Source of the DNA: Candidatus Nanopelagicales bacterium
GTDB taxonomy: Bacteria > Actinomycetota > Actinomycetes > S36-B12
DNA: 64,000 nt
Direction of reading: 5' to 3'
Assembly (NCBI GenBank): GCA_044375955.1
Contig: JBILLS010000001.1
Location: 189,942 to 253,941, forward strand
The notes below the pieces were generated by a model. The model was not told where the DNA came from. It did no database searches and was given only the letters and a program-made list of their open reading frames with translations. This document shows, piece after piece, positions 35,050 through 44,249 of the stretch. Positions within the stretch are counted from its first letter, which is position 1. Each line of letters opens with the position of its first letter. A program made the translations under genes and the position numbers.

Positions 35050-35810
35050 TGCGTATCGCCGCCGTGATTGTGGCCCACGCCGGGTCACCATTCATCGAGG
35101 CGGCACTTGACAGCATCACGAACCAATCACGGCGACCTGACGTCCGGATCGCCGTTTGTGACGCAACATCCCGGGATGTTGATGCGCATCTGCGAGATCA
35201 CGGATTCGATATCCACCGAGCGACCACCTCGTCCAGGGACATCACGACACGGATCGCCCACAACTTCGCCCAGGGTGTCCGCCTCGCGGGTGACACTGAT
35301 CTCGCCGTTCTGGGTGACCACGATGATGTCTGGCACATCGACCGGGTCGGTCACCATGAAGCAGTCGCACGAACGTTTCCCGGGGCGGTGATGCTCGCAT
35401 CCGATGGCAGGCTCGTCGACTCGATGGGAGTGCCGACGAGTGGGACCCTCCGCGACACGTTCCCAGTTCCTCAAGGCTGGAATGGCCTTGACCTTCGCCA
35501 GCAGTGGACTTACGCCTTGCGTCACTCCATCGCCACCGGCGGTGCTTCAGCCGTCGTTCCCGCACGCGCTCTTCGCACACCTATCCCTGCGGGCTGGTTG
35601 CATGATCGCTGGTGGTCCCTCCTGGCCGTCCGCGACCACGGCATGGTGATCGACGATGCGGTAGTGATCGATTACCGCATCAGTGACGATCAACGTGTGG
35701 GGTTGGATACCCAAGGTCAGCACTCCACCGCCTCGTGGCTGCTCACTCGTGCGCGAACGTTGGGGCGCACCGCCCGGCGCGGAATGGACATCGCCCGCCT
35801 GCTCGTCTGA
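35046..35810 (+). CDS. Glycosyltransferase family 2-like
   Basis: 254 aa. IAAVIVAHAGSPFIEAALDSITNQ. The acidic run GDHDD may be the DxD motif. Start overlaps the upstream stop. Confidence 0.65.
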   Translation: MMRIAAVIVAHAGSPFIEAALDSITNQSRRPDVRIAVCDATSRDVDAHLRDHGFDIHRATTSSRDITTRIAHNFAQGVRLAGDTDLAVLGDHDDVWHIDRVGHHEAVARTFPGAVMLASDGRLVDSMGVPTSGTLRDTFPVPQGWNGLDLRQQWTYALRHSIATGGASAVVPARALRTPIPAGWLHDRWWSLLAVRDHGMVIDDAVVIDYRISDDQRVGLDTQGQHSTASWLLTRARTLGRTARRGMDIARLLV

Positions 35811-35813
35811 CGT

Positions 35814-37544
35814 TCACCCCACCCAGGTCAATCGGGTCAGACACGCCACGATCTCACCGGATCCCACCCCGAGGTAGGGCGCCGCAGTGCACTCGAGGTC
35901 CGAGGGCAGCGACCACGGCGGCAGGGATGCGTAGAACCCTTCGATCTGCTCACGATCCGGGGCGTACATCGCGACCGCCGTCGGCCGCATCTGCTCCAGG
36001 CGCGTTGTGGTCTCCCGGCTGAGCTGTGCCTCCTGCGTGCTGAGGTTGTAGTCCCCCCACATCTGCATCGCGGCGACCTCCCGGCCTAGCCCCGCGGGAT
36101 CGGCCCAGATTGCGATCGAGTCATCACGGGTCGTGCGAGCCAGCAGCCACTTCTGGATGTCCATGCGCGACGCGAACTGATCGTCGAACTGGAAGTCCAC
36201 GAAAGCGCTCCGGAAGGGATACTGGCTGTAGATGCCGAGCAGACCGCGACCGTTCTGCCACACCTGAGCGCTGACGAACACCGCACCCATCACCACCACC
36301 AGCGCACCCGCCACCACCGCATTCCACCGGCCACGGACCAGCCATGCCACCAGCCCCAGGGCGAGCACCAGGATCCCCGCGATCGCCCAGGCCACGCCCA
36401 GCGGCAGTACTCCATCGAAACGCCCCGCCCACATGATCAACGGAACGGTGATCGCGATCCCGGCGGCATACACCCACGGATAGCTGGCCCGACCCTCACT
36501 GTGCCCGGGCGAGAGCGAGATGAACACCAGGGCGAGAGACAGCAACGCCCCAGGCCACAGCAATGCCACATAGTGAGGCGCCTCCAACCAGGGTCCAGGC
36601 ATCACAGCCATCAGCACAACGGTCACCAGCACGTTCGTCACGGAGATCACGAGCGCCGCCCACGCCCACCAATTCCTCCGATTTCCTACCGCGGCGACGA
36701 GTGACCCCACGATCGCCAGCACCACGACAATCAGCGCGGTATCCCGCTGCCACGTCGTTGCATCCCCGATGAAGTCGGTGTAGTCGAGCCTCGTATTCCA
36801 CTCGAGATACGTACCCCACCAATCCCGGCCCGGGAAGATCACCAGGCCGGCCAGCCAGAAGACCCCGAAGCCCACGAGCGTGCCTGTGAGACCCGCAAGT
36901 GCATCAATACCCAGTCGTTGCCAACGTCGGGTCGGAACCGCCCAGACCACGAGGAATCGAATGGACAACCACATTCCCAGTCCGAGAATTAAGGCATACG
37001 GGTTGAGCATGAGCAACCAACCGAGCAGCAGACCACTCCCGGCGGCGATGGTCCATCGAGGTCTACCATCAAGTTTGGTTTCTCGGGCACCGCTGACGCT
37101 CAGATAGCTGACGCCGAGGCTCAACAACAGGAACGTGACCGCGATTATGGTTCCCGATAGGTAAGTGTTGCCCACGTACGCCAAGACCACCGTGTTCAAA
37201 CCGACGAACAGCGCGAGTCCCGTGGCAAGCACCAGAGTGCGCCCAGTCGCGTGGGCTACGATCATGACCGCGGCGACGATCATGATGATCAATAGCGCAC
37301 GCCACAGACCGAAGCCCCACCACGGCCCGAGGATCGATACCAGTGCCCGGGCCGGAGCGATATACCCCAGGCGCGTCCAGTAGTACGCCGGCTCCACGGC
37401 ACGATCCGCCACATCCGCGCCATAGAGTGCGAAGGACGCGTAGAACTCGGAATCAGGGGAGTTGAAGCCTGTCCACCACTGGGAGACGAGCAGCACGAGC
37501 GCCGACACCAGCGCACCCATGAGCCACCACAGTCGCTCCCGCAC
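35814..37544 (-). CDS. Large polytopic membrane protein (GT-C-like candidate), unknown function
   Basis: 576 aa, about 12 or more hydrophobic segments, soluble C-terminal domain. No family recognised. Confidence 0.55.
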   Translation of the reverse strand: MRERLWWLMGALVSALVLLVSQWWTGFNSPDSEFYASFALYGADVADRAVEPAYYWTRLGYIAPARALVSILGPWWGFGLWRALLIIMIVAAVMIVAHATGRTLVLATGLALFVGLNTVVLAYVGNTYLSGTIIAVTFLLLSLGVSYLSVSGARETKLDGRPRWTIAAGSGLLLGWLLMLNPYALILGLGMWLSIRFLVVWAVPTRRWQRLGIDALAGLTGTLVGFGVFWLAGLVIFPGRDWWGTYLEWNTRLDYTDFIGDATTWQRDTALIVVVLAIVGSLVAAVGNRRNWWAWAALVISVTNVLVTVVLMAVMPGPWLEAPHYVALLWPGALLSLALVFISLSPGHSEGRASYPWVYAAGIAITVPLIMWAGRFDGVLPLGVAWAIAGILVLALGLVAWLVRGRWNAVVAGALVVVMGAVFVSAQVWQNGRGLLGIYSQYPFRSAFVDFQFDDQFASRMDIQKWLLARTTRDDSIAIWADPAGLGREVAAMQMWGDYNLSTQEAQLSRETTTRLEQMRPTAVAMYAPDREQIEGFYASLPPWSLPSDLECTAAPYLGVGSGEIVACLTRLTWVG

Positions 37545-37639
37545 CGGGACACGGTAGCCGTCACTCAGTCGCTCAAGCCGTTCGGTTGCGATATCGATGA
37601 GTACACAGGTGGATCGTTCGTGCCCGTAGGCTCAGGTGC

Positions 37640-39496
37640 GTGGCGTTGAGCACCGGGGAGTCGCACGAAACTCTCCGCACTCTTCTGGATGTCACCGACC
37701 TGGTCGAATTCCTGGAGCGCGGTGAATCGGTGTCCGGGGTGCAGCGAGTTGTGGCAGAGACTGCGCCGCTTCTCATGGAACGCGAGCACACCTCATGTGT
37801 CCTGCTCGATCGCCGGCGTGGGGTTTTCGTCGAATTGGCGCCGGGGGAGGTCGAAATCCTTATCCAGCACGGTGCGCGCTCCACATCCATCCACTCTCGG
37901 GATGCCGTAGCCGACGCAGCTCGCGGGATGATCAACCGCGCCGGCTCCGCGCCAGCGGTTGTCATTGACGAGCACGTAACGCTGGTATTCCTCGGCGCTC
38001 TCTGGATCAATGACGCGTTGATGATCGCTGCTCGGCAGGCTCATGCGCAAGGTGCACGGATCGTCGACTTTCTCTACGACCTGACCCCGGTCACGGAGGC
38101 TGGCCACACCGCGGCAGTCAACAGACTCTTCGACCGTTACCTCACCCTGATCGCACAGGTTGCGAGCAGGGTGCCCGCGATCAGTCGCTCGAGCAGGAGC
38201 GATTTCGAAGCCTGGACCCGCACGCATGGCCTGCCTACACCCCCCGGAGAGCCGACATGCCTGCCATGCGGCCTCACTCCCGATGGTCGTGACCTTTCCA
38301 TCCGGCCCTGGCCGCGTCCGTACGTGTTGTTCGTGGGCACCGTGGAATCGCGTAAGAACCACGCCCTGGCCTTACGGGCCTGGCGGCAACTCGTCGATCG
38401 ACACGGCGAGCGAAACGTGCCGGACCTCGTGTGCGTGGGACGTCTTGGCTGGAACGCAGGGCCGTTCCTCCGCGAATTCGTTCACTCCCGTGGGCTGGAG
38501 GGGAAGGTCAGCGTCCTCTCCGGCGGTGTCGAGGACGAGCACTTGGCGCGGTTCTACGCGCACGCGGATTTCACTCTCTATCCGAGCGCCCAGGAGGGGT
38601 GGGGACTTCCAGTGAGTGAATCGCTGGCCTTCGGGAAAGTTCCGGTTGTGGCTCGCAACTCCTCCCTGCCGGAGGCCGGCGGGGGTCTGGCTCTCTATTT
38701 CGAGTCCAACGAGCTCACGAGCCTTGTCTGCAGCGTCGAGGAGGCAATGGACCCCGACCTCCGGAGAGAACGTGAGGCACGTATCCGCGAGAGCCCGCCC
38801 TCGGCGTGGACCTGGAACGATGTGGCGCACGTCCTCGCAGGGGAGATCGACTTGGCCGAACGGAGACCACAGGTGTACCCGACTATAGAACTCGGGCGCG
38901 AGTATGTGCTCGCTGTTCCGGGACCTGCACCCGACGAGGGGTATGCAGATCGTTATCGCGACTATCTCGTGCGTGATGGGCTCACCCCGCTCTTGCGGCA
39001 GCCGCGGGGTGACCGTGATTACGAGGTAATCGACGCTGCCGTGATCGGTGCGATCGGCTCGCCGCAGTCCTGGGGGTACGAAGTCCGCCCCGGCCGTTAC
39101 GTGGAGGTGCGGTTCACCCGGCCCACATCGGGACCGCTGGTCGTCTTGATGGCCACGCGTGCGATGCCGGGCAAGGTGTTCGTCGAAATGACAGGACCTG
39201 GTGGCCCGGTTCTCCAGGACCTTTATCTCGGTTCGGTTCTGACCATACTGTGCGGCGATGGACTCGTGGGTGAGCCGGCCCAGGCTCTGGTGCGTGTCGT
39301 CGATGCCTCGGACTCGATCGAGGGATTCCTGGGCATCCGCTCCTTAGTCGTCCTTCGCGCTGACGACAAGGATGCTCGTATCGTCGCCCTCGAATCAGCG
39401 GCGGATGCCCTGCGTCAGGAGTTGGACTTCATCCAGGGCACTCGATCCTGGAAGGTCACTGCACCCCTTCGCAAATGGAAGGGGCGCGGCGCGTAG
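37640..39496 (+). CDS. GT4-type glycosyltransferase with extra C-terminal domain and SW[KR]xTAPLR tail
   Basis: 618 aa. DVTDLVEF...SGVQRV N-terminus. EX7E block SAQEGWGLPVSESLAFGKVPVV. Ends GTRSWKVTAPLRKWKGRGA. Confidence 0.8.
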   Translation: MALSTGESHETLRTLLDVTDLVEFLERGESVSGVQRVVAETAPLLMEREHTSCVLLDRRRGVFVELAPGEVEILIQHGARSTSIHSRDAVADAARGMINRAGSAPAVVIDEHVTLVFLGALWINDALMIAARQAHAQGARIVDFLYDLTPVTEAGHTAAVNRLFDRYLTLIAQVASRVPAISRSSRSDFEAWTRTHGLPTPPGEPTCLPCGLTPDGRDLSIRPWPRPYVLFVGTVESRKNHALALRAWRQLVDRHGERNVPDLVCVGRLGWNAGPFLREFVHSRGLEGKVSVLSGGVEDEHLARFYAHADFTLYPSAQEGWGLPVSESLAFGKVPVVARNSSLPEAGGGLALYFESNELTSLVCSVEEAMDPDLRREREARIRESPPSAWTWNDVAHVLAGEIDLAERRPQVYPTIELGREYVLAVPGPAPDEGYADRYRDYLVRDGLTPLLRQPRGDRDYEVIDAAVIGAIGSPQSWGYEVRPGRYVEVRFTRPTSGPLVVLMATRAMPGKVFVEMTGPGGPVLQDLYLGSVLTILCGDGLVGEPAQALVRVVDASDSIEGFLGIRSLVVLRADDKDARIVALESAADALRQELDFIQGTRSWKVTAPLRKWKGRGA

Positions 39497-39497
39497 G

Positions 39498-40751
39498 TCA
39501 GCGCTTCTTCGGCTTCTTAGGGGCTGCCTGCACGTTGATCGTGTAGGTCGCCTGCGTACCCCCGAGGGTGGACCCATTGCCGACAGACGTCGCCGTGATG
39601 GCGCATGTCCCGGCGCCCAACACCGTCACTGTTCCCCCATCTATGGCGCAGGGGCCTGCCACGTTGAGTGTGACCGGGTTACCGGAGCGCGCAGTCGGAG
39701 TTAGAGCGACGGAACTCCCTGCTGTGAGGGCGCCGACCACCCCCGGTCCCCACGCAGCTGAACCGGCTGGGGTCACGGTGATCGTGTCCGCAGTGGGCGC
39801 CGGTTGAACGGTCACCACTTGGGTGTCCGTCTCGGAGATAGAGAAGTTGGCTGAGGAGTACGACACGCCAACTGTCTGAACTCCCGTTTGGGTGGGGGTC
39901 CACGTTGTGGAGCCGACGCCGTTGGCGATCGGGCGCGAACCACCCATCGGGTAGCTGATGATGCCCTGTGTGTTCAGGTTGAAGGCGACGCTCCCGCCGT
40001 TGGCGGTCTGATAGATCGAGTTGATGACAGCCGAAACCGTTGTAGGGGCGCCGACGTAGATTACCGGCGGCATCTGCAGAGACACCGCCTGGGGTCCGGC
40101 AACCACGGGAAGTTGCGCCGGGGATGTCGAACCGCCGAACGCCGCAGTCGCCGGCGTGTAGGTCGCGGTAAGCGACTGACCGACGGTGGTCGGCGTCCAC
40201 GCGATACTTGCCGACGCGAGCCCGGGGGTGGAGGTCGGAGAGAGCGTTCCCGTTGCCAGGGTGCTCTGGAATTGATTGCGCACCGTGATGGTTCCACTCG
40301 GCGTGATCGCACCCGAGAGGGCCTTGACCTGAGCGGTCAGGGTCGCCTGGGCGTTGTTCTCGACTTCACCGGGAGCGAGGAGCGTCGTGACCGTGGGCAT
40401 TGCGGACACCGTGATGGTGGCCGTGTCGACGGTTGCGCCGCCACTGGTCGCTGTCACTGTCCATGTGCCCGGGAGGTTCGGGGTCCAGTTGAGGTAGCCG
40501 AAGCCGGCGGAGTTCACTGACGTTGAGCCGGCATTGGTTCCCGAGGCCGCACTGCTGAAGGTGATCGTCGCTGCTTGTCCGGCGAGTTTGGGAGCCCTGA
40601 GGATCACAGTCTGCTGGGTACCCACCAGGCCGTTGGGGGTCGCCACCCACGTGTTGCCCGAGAGCGGGCTGCTCGCGGCGGGCGAGACCACGGCAGCGCC
40701 AACAAACACGGCTGCGGCCGCGGATGCGAGGAATACACGGGAACGACCCAC
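39498..40751 (-). CDS. Secreted Ig-like domain repeat protein (copy 1)
   Basis: 417 aa. Signal peptide. About 4 repeated beta-rich modules, with the typical ...LTATYTPATAAFGGSTS block in one of them. Basic tail AAPKKPKKR. Confidence 0.7.
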   Translation of the reverse strand: MGRSRVFLASAAAAVFVGAAVVSPAASSPLSGNTWVATPNGLVGTQQTVILRAPKLAGQAATITFSSAASGTNAGSTSVNSAGFGYLNWTPNLPGTWTVTATSGGATVDTATITVSAMPTVTTLLAPGEVENNAQATLTAQVKALSGAITPSGTITVRNQFQSTLATGTLSPTSTPGLASASIAWTPTTVGQSLTATYTPATAAFGGSTSPAQLPVVAGPQAVSLQMPPVIYVGAPTTVSAVINSIYQTANGGSVAFNLNTQGIISYPMGGSRPIANGVGSTTWTPTQTGVQTVGVSYSSANFSISETDTQVVTVQPAPTADTITVTPAGSAAWGPGVVGALTAGSSVALTPTARSGNPVTLNVAGPCAIDGGTVTVLGAGTCAITATSVGNGSTLGGTQATYTINVQAAPKKPKKR

Positions 40752-40844
40752 GGGAACCTCCTGGGGAAGGGGTTACAGATGTTACTGGAGGGGCAGGGGT
40801 TCTGTCACCTCGCCCTCGAGTCCCTCCCATCAAGGGGCCGGCCG

Positions 40845-42071
40845 CTACCTCCTAGGCCGAACCGGCCTCGGTGAGGACGTGACCGTCACCGTGTAGGTGT
40901 TCGTGTCCGCCGTCAGGGTGCCCGAGCCGAACGAGGTCGCAGTCACTACGCACTGGCCGGCCGCGAGCGTCTGCAGGGTGGATCCATTGATGACGCAGGG
41001 TCCGGATTCACTCAAGACAACCGGCGACCCGGACTGAGCGGTTGCCGAAAGTGCCGTCGAGGTTCCGACGCCGAGGCTAATGGGGAGTCCTGGATTCCAC
41101 GCGGGGGCACCGCCCACCGGGTCCACCGTGATGACGTCACTGGGCTTGGCGGGCTGGATGTTCACCGGCTGCTGGGACGTCCCACTGACCGCCCCGTTGT
41201 TGCTTGAGAACTGGGTGCTGATCACGTGGTTACCCCCGGCAGGCGGCGTCCAGGTCGCCGCGACGCCTCCCGTGGCATTCGTGGGTGTCGAACCAATGAC
41301 GCCGTTGCCATCGAAGAAGAAGGAGGCACTACCCGCGGGCACGCCGGTACCCGTCTGCGCTCCGATCACCGTCGGCGTGCCGACGTAGAGCACGGGTGGG
41401 AAGCGCAGCGCCACGGTCACAACCGACGAGGTGGTCTGTGGTTGCTCAGGGGCGCCGGTCGACGCACCGAACGCGGTGGAGGACGGCAGGTATGTCGCCG
41501 ACACGCTTTGCCCACCCGTCGGGGTCCACTGCACATTCGCGCTGGATGTGGCCCCGGAGAGGGGCGACAGGGTCGCCGAACCAAGGACTGCCTGGTTCTG
41601 GTTGACGAGGGTCACGGTCCCTGCAGGGGGGATGATTCCCCCGAGTGCTGTGACCGCCACTGTGACGTTGTTGGTCACACCCGTCTGGACCTGGTTGGGA
41701 ATGAGGGCTGTGGTGATCGTGGGCATAGGCACCACGGAAATCGTCGTCGAGCCGGATGACACCGCGCTCCCGAGAGCGGAGACCGTCCATGCACCGGCAC
41801 TCGTCGGCGTCCATGCGAGCGACCCCAAACCCTGAGAGTTCAGCGTCGTCTGACCCGCGTTGGAAATCGCCCCGGACGTGAAGCCGATCGTAACGACCTG
41901 GTTCGCGAGCGTCGGTGCGCTGATGACGATCGTCTGCTGCACGCCCACGACCCCGTTGGGTGTTGCGATAAAGCCCGAGGCCGCCTGCGCCGGGCCCGAA
42001 ACGATGAACCCGGACCCAAGTACGAGCAGAGCAGCAGCTGAGAGAGACGCGAGTCGTGAACGTAGATACAT
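40845..42071 (-). CDS. Secreted Ig-like domain repeat protein (copy 2, tandem paralog)
   Basis: 408 aa. Collinear with copy 1 (TPNGVVGVQQTIVISAPTLANQ... versus TPNGLVGTQQTVILRAPKLAGQ...). Basic tail SSPRPVRPRR. Confidence 0.7.
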   Translation of the reverse strand: MYLRSRLASLSAAALLVLGSGFIVSGPAQAASGFIATPNGVVGVQQTIVISAPTLANQVVTIGFTSGAISNAGQTTLNSQGLGSLAWTPTSAGAWTVSALGSAVSSGSTTISVVPMPTITTALIPNQVQTGVTNNVTVAVTALGGIIPPAGTVTLVNQNQAVLGSATLSPLSGATSSANVQWTPTGGQSVSATYLPSSTAFGASTGAPEQPQTTSSVVTVALRFPPVLYVGTPTVIGAQTGTGVPAGSASFFFDGNGVIGSTPTNATGGVAATWTPPAGGNHVISTQFSSNNGAVSGTSQQPVNIQPAKPSDVITVDPVGGAPAWNPGLPISLGVGTSTALSATAQSGSPVVLSESGPCVINGSTLQTLAAGQCVVTATSFGSGTLTADTNTYTVTVTSSPRPVRPRR

Positions 42072-42139
42072 GGCCAGCCCCTTCGGCGAACGTTGCTACT
42101 GAGGGTAGTACCCGAGAGCAGGAAAGTCCTGATTGGCGG

Positions 42140-43498
42140 ATGCGAACCCATTGCCCCGACGGCCCGGGTCTTTCGGGCTGGCTGACCTACGATGCTTGCG
42201 TGCCAGCTCCTAACCGAGTGTCTGTGTCGGCTTCCTGGTACCTGTCTGCCCTGGCGGTAGGGCTCGTGCTCGCCCGTTACGCGGGATACCTCTGGTACGA
42301 GGTGCCGGTGGTCTTCGGCCAGGCGGCCAACATCCTGGTGACCTTCGCCTTTTTCGCTGTAGCCCTACTCCTGTGGATCCCCGTGCGCGCGTCTTCGCGA
42401 GCGCGAGGGGGCCTCGCCTTGTTCCTCGGCCTGATGGCAGTTGCGTGGGTTGCCCACTTGGTCCTCTACCGGTACCACGGGGATTCCTTCAACTACACCG
42501 CTCTCCTATACCTGCCGATCCTCGTCATGGTCTGGTGGAAGCCGCCGTCGGCACGTGAGGCATGGACCGCGGTGTCGGCATTCGCCTGGACGGCCTCTTT
42601 GGTTCTCGTCGTGACCAGAGTTCTCGAGGCGGTGGGGAGCCTGGACATCAAACAGCAAATGCAGGGGGTAATTGCGTTCGACGAGGAGAGGTACTTCCTC
42701 CCCTTCAACGAGGCCCTCGGTATAGATGGTCGATGGCCGGGGCCGTTCGGGCACAACGGCGACACCGCCATGATGGGTGCCCTACTCGTCGTCATCGCGT
42801 TCGCCCACTGGCGCCGTTCCTCCTGGGTCTTTCTCACGGTGGGTGTGGGGACACTGCTCCTCACCGACGGCCGCGCATCGATCGGTGCGATGGTGGCGGG
42901 CCTCGTCGTGATTGCCAGTCTCACCACGTCCGGCCCCTTCGCCAGAATTCCTCGCTGGGTTCGGATCACCGCTGGCAGTGTCGTGCTTGTCGCCGGTGCG
43001 ATCTTCATGGCACTCCGGCCGGCGGGAGTGACGGGGCGGGACAGCATCTGGCCGGCGTTTCTCGACCTGTGGGCCTCCTCTCCGTGGATCGGCGTTGGAG
43101 GAATAGGTATCGCGACCGAGGGAGGGATCGCCCAACAGTTCGGCCATGGGCACAGCCTCTACATCGATGAACTCGCTCGCTGGGGCCTCGTCGGGTTCCT
43201 CACGCAATTCACGGCAATTGCTGTCGGACTCATCATTGCCGCTCGAGCTGCCGGTCGTGGTGTTCCAGGACCCATCGCCGTGATGCTCGCATTCCTCATC
43301 ACGGGCATCACCGAGCCGCGGAACAGCTGGATCGAACCGTCCATGACCGGATTCCTGCTGATCCTCATGACCCTAACCGCATCCGGAATCCTCGACCGCG
43401 GATCCGTGGACGCCGGGAGGGCGTCAGCCGGAGACCTAGACTCGCAGCGTGCTCGGGGAGTTGTATCGACGACGGGCCCTGATCTGGGCATTCGCTAA
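42140..43498 (+). CDS. O-antigen ligase/polymerase family (Wzy_C-like) membrane protein
   Basis: Polytopic. GHGHSLYIDELARWGLVGF block. Start uncertain: GTG 42056 would overlap the neighbouring gene start, so ATG 42140 or GTG 42200 is more plausible. Confidence 0.65.
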   Translation: MRTHCPDGPGLSGWLTYDACVPAPNRVSVSASWYLSALAVGLVLARYAGYLWYEVPVVFGQAANILVTFAFFAVALLLWIPVRASSRARGGLALFLGLMAVAWVAHLVLYRYHGDSFNYTALLYLPILVMVWWKPPSAREAWTAVSAFAWTASLVLVVTRVLEAVGSLDIKQQMQGVIAFDEERYFLPFNEALGIDGRWPGPFGHNGDTAMMGALLVVIAFAHWRRSSWVFLTVGVGTLLLTDGRASIGAMVAGLVVIASLTTSGPFARIPRWVRITAGSVVLVAGAIFMALRPAGVTGRDSIWPAFLDLWASSPWIGVGGIGIATEGGIAQQFGHGHSLYIDELARWGLVGFLTQFTAIAVGLIIAARAAGRGVPGPIAVMLAFLITGITEPRNSWIEPSMTGFLLILMTLTASGILDRGSVDAGRASAGDLDSQRARGVVSTTGPDLGIR

Positions 43499-44249
43499 CC
43501 GCGACTTCGCAACCCGATACCGGTCCTCCATCCTCGGATGGGCGTGGTCGCTCATGCAGCCGCTGGCGACCCTTCTCGTTTATGCGGCTGTTTTCAGCCT
43601 GGTATTCCGCATCCAGGCCCCGCCCCTCGGTTCAGACCCCGACAGGACGAATTTCGCGGCCTTCCTCTTCACGGGCATGGTGGCCTTCAACCTGTTCTCC
43701 AGCCTGCTCATGCTGTCTATGACCCAGCTGAAGTCGAATGGTGAGCTGCTGCGCAAGGTGCACTTTCCAGCCTGGACACCCATCCTGGGCGCCAGCGTGG
43801 TGCAACTTGTCCAGGTTGGACTCGAACTCGTCGTTCTGGTCGGCATGTACCTGTGGCTGGGCAACATCGGCATCAGCTGGTTGCTCGTGCTCCCCGTCCT
43901 CCTTGCTACCGCGCTCTTCGGGCAAGGCGTCGGCCTGCTGCTTACGGTCCTCAATGCCCGCTACGGAGATGTGCAATACATCGTTCAGGTGGTGCTGCAA
44001 GCCCTCTACTTCCTCACCCCGATCCTCTACCCCTTGTCCCTGGTTCAGGGAACTGCGGATTGGCTCGCGGTGATTGTGGAGGCCAACCCGCTCACCTGGT
44101 TCGTCGAGACCATGCACCAGATCATGTATTCGCTCGTGGTTCCCGAGTGGTGGGTGGTTCCGGGGCTGCTTGCGCTCGGGTTCGCAGTCTTCTGGCTGGG
44201 CTTCACCGTGTTCAACCGCACGAGCGAGGACATCGGAGAACTGCTATGA
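43449..44249 (+). CDS. wzm: ABC-2 type polysaccharide export permease
   Basis: 266 aa. N-terminus ...ALIWAFANRDFATRYRSSILGWAWSLMQPL. Six hydrophobic segments. Confidence 0.85.
   Translation: MLGELYRRRALIWAFANRDFATRYRSSILGWAWSLMQPLATLLVYAAVFSLVFRIQAPPLGSDPDRTNFAAFLFTGMVAFNLFSSLLMLSMTQLKSNGELLRKVHFPAWTPILGASVVQLVQVGLELVVLVGMYLWLGNIGISWLLVLPVLLATALFGQGVGLLLTVLNARYGDVQYIVQVVLQALYFLTPILYPLSLVQGTADWLAVIVEANPLTWFVETMHQIMYSLVVPEWWVVPGLLALGFAVFWLGFTVFNRTSEDIGELL

Noticed and set aside
43853-44245. N-terminal extension of the wzt ORF
   Set aside because: It overlaps the wzm permease coding frame. The ATG at 44246 forms an ATGA junction with the wzm stop and gives a normal NBD N-terminus.
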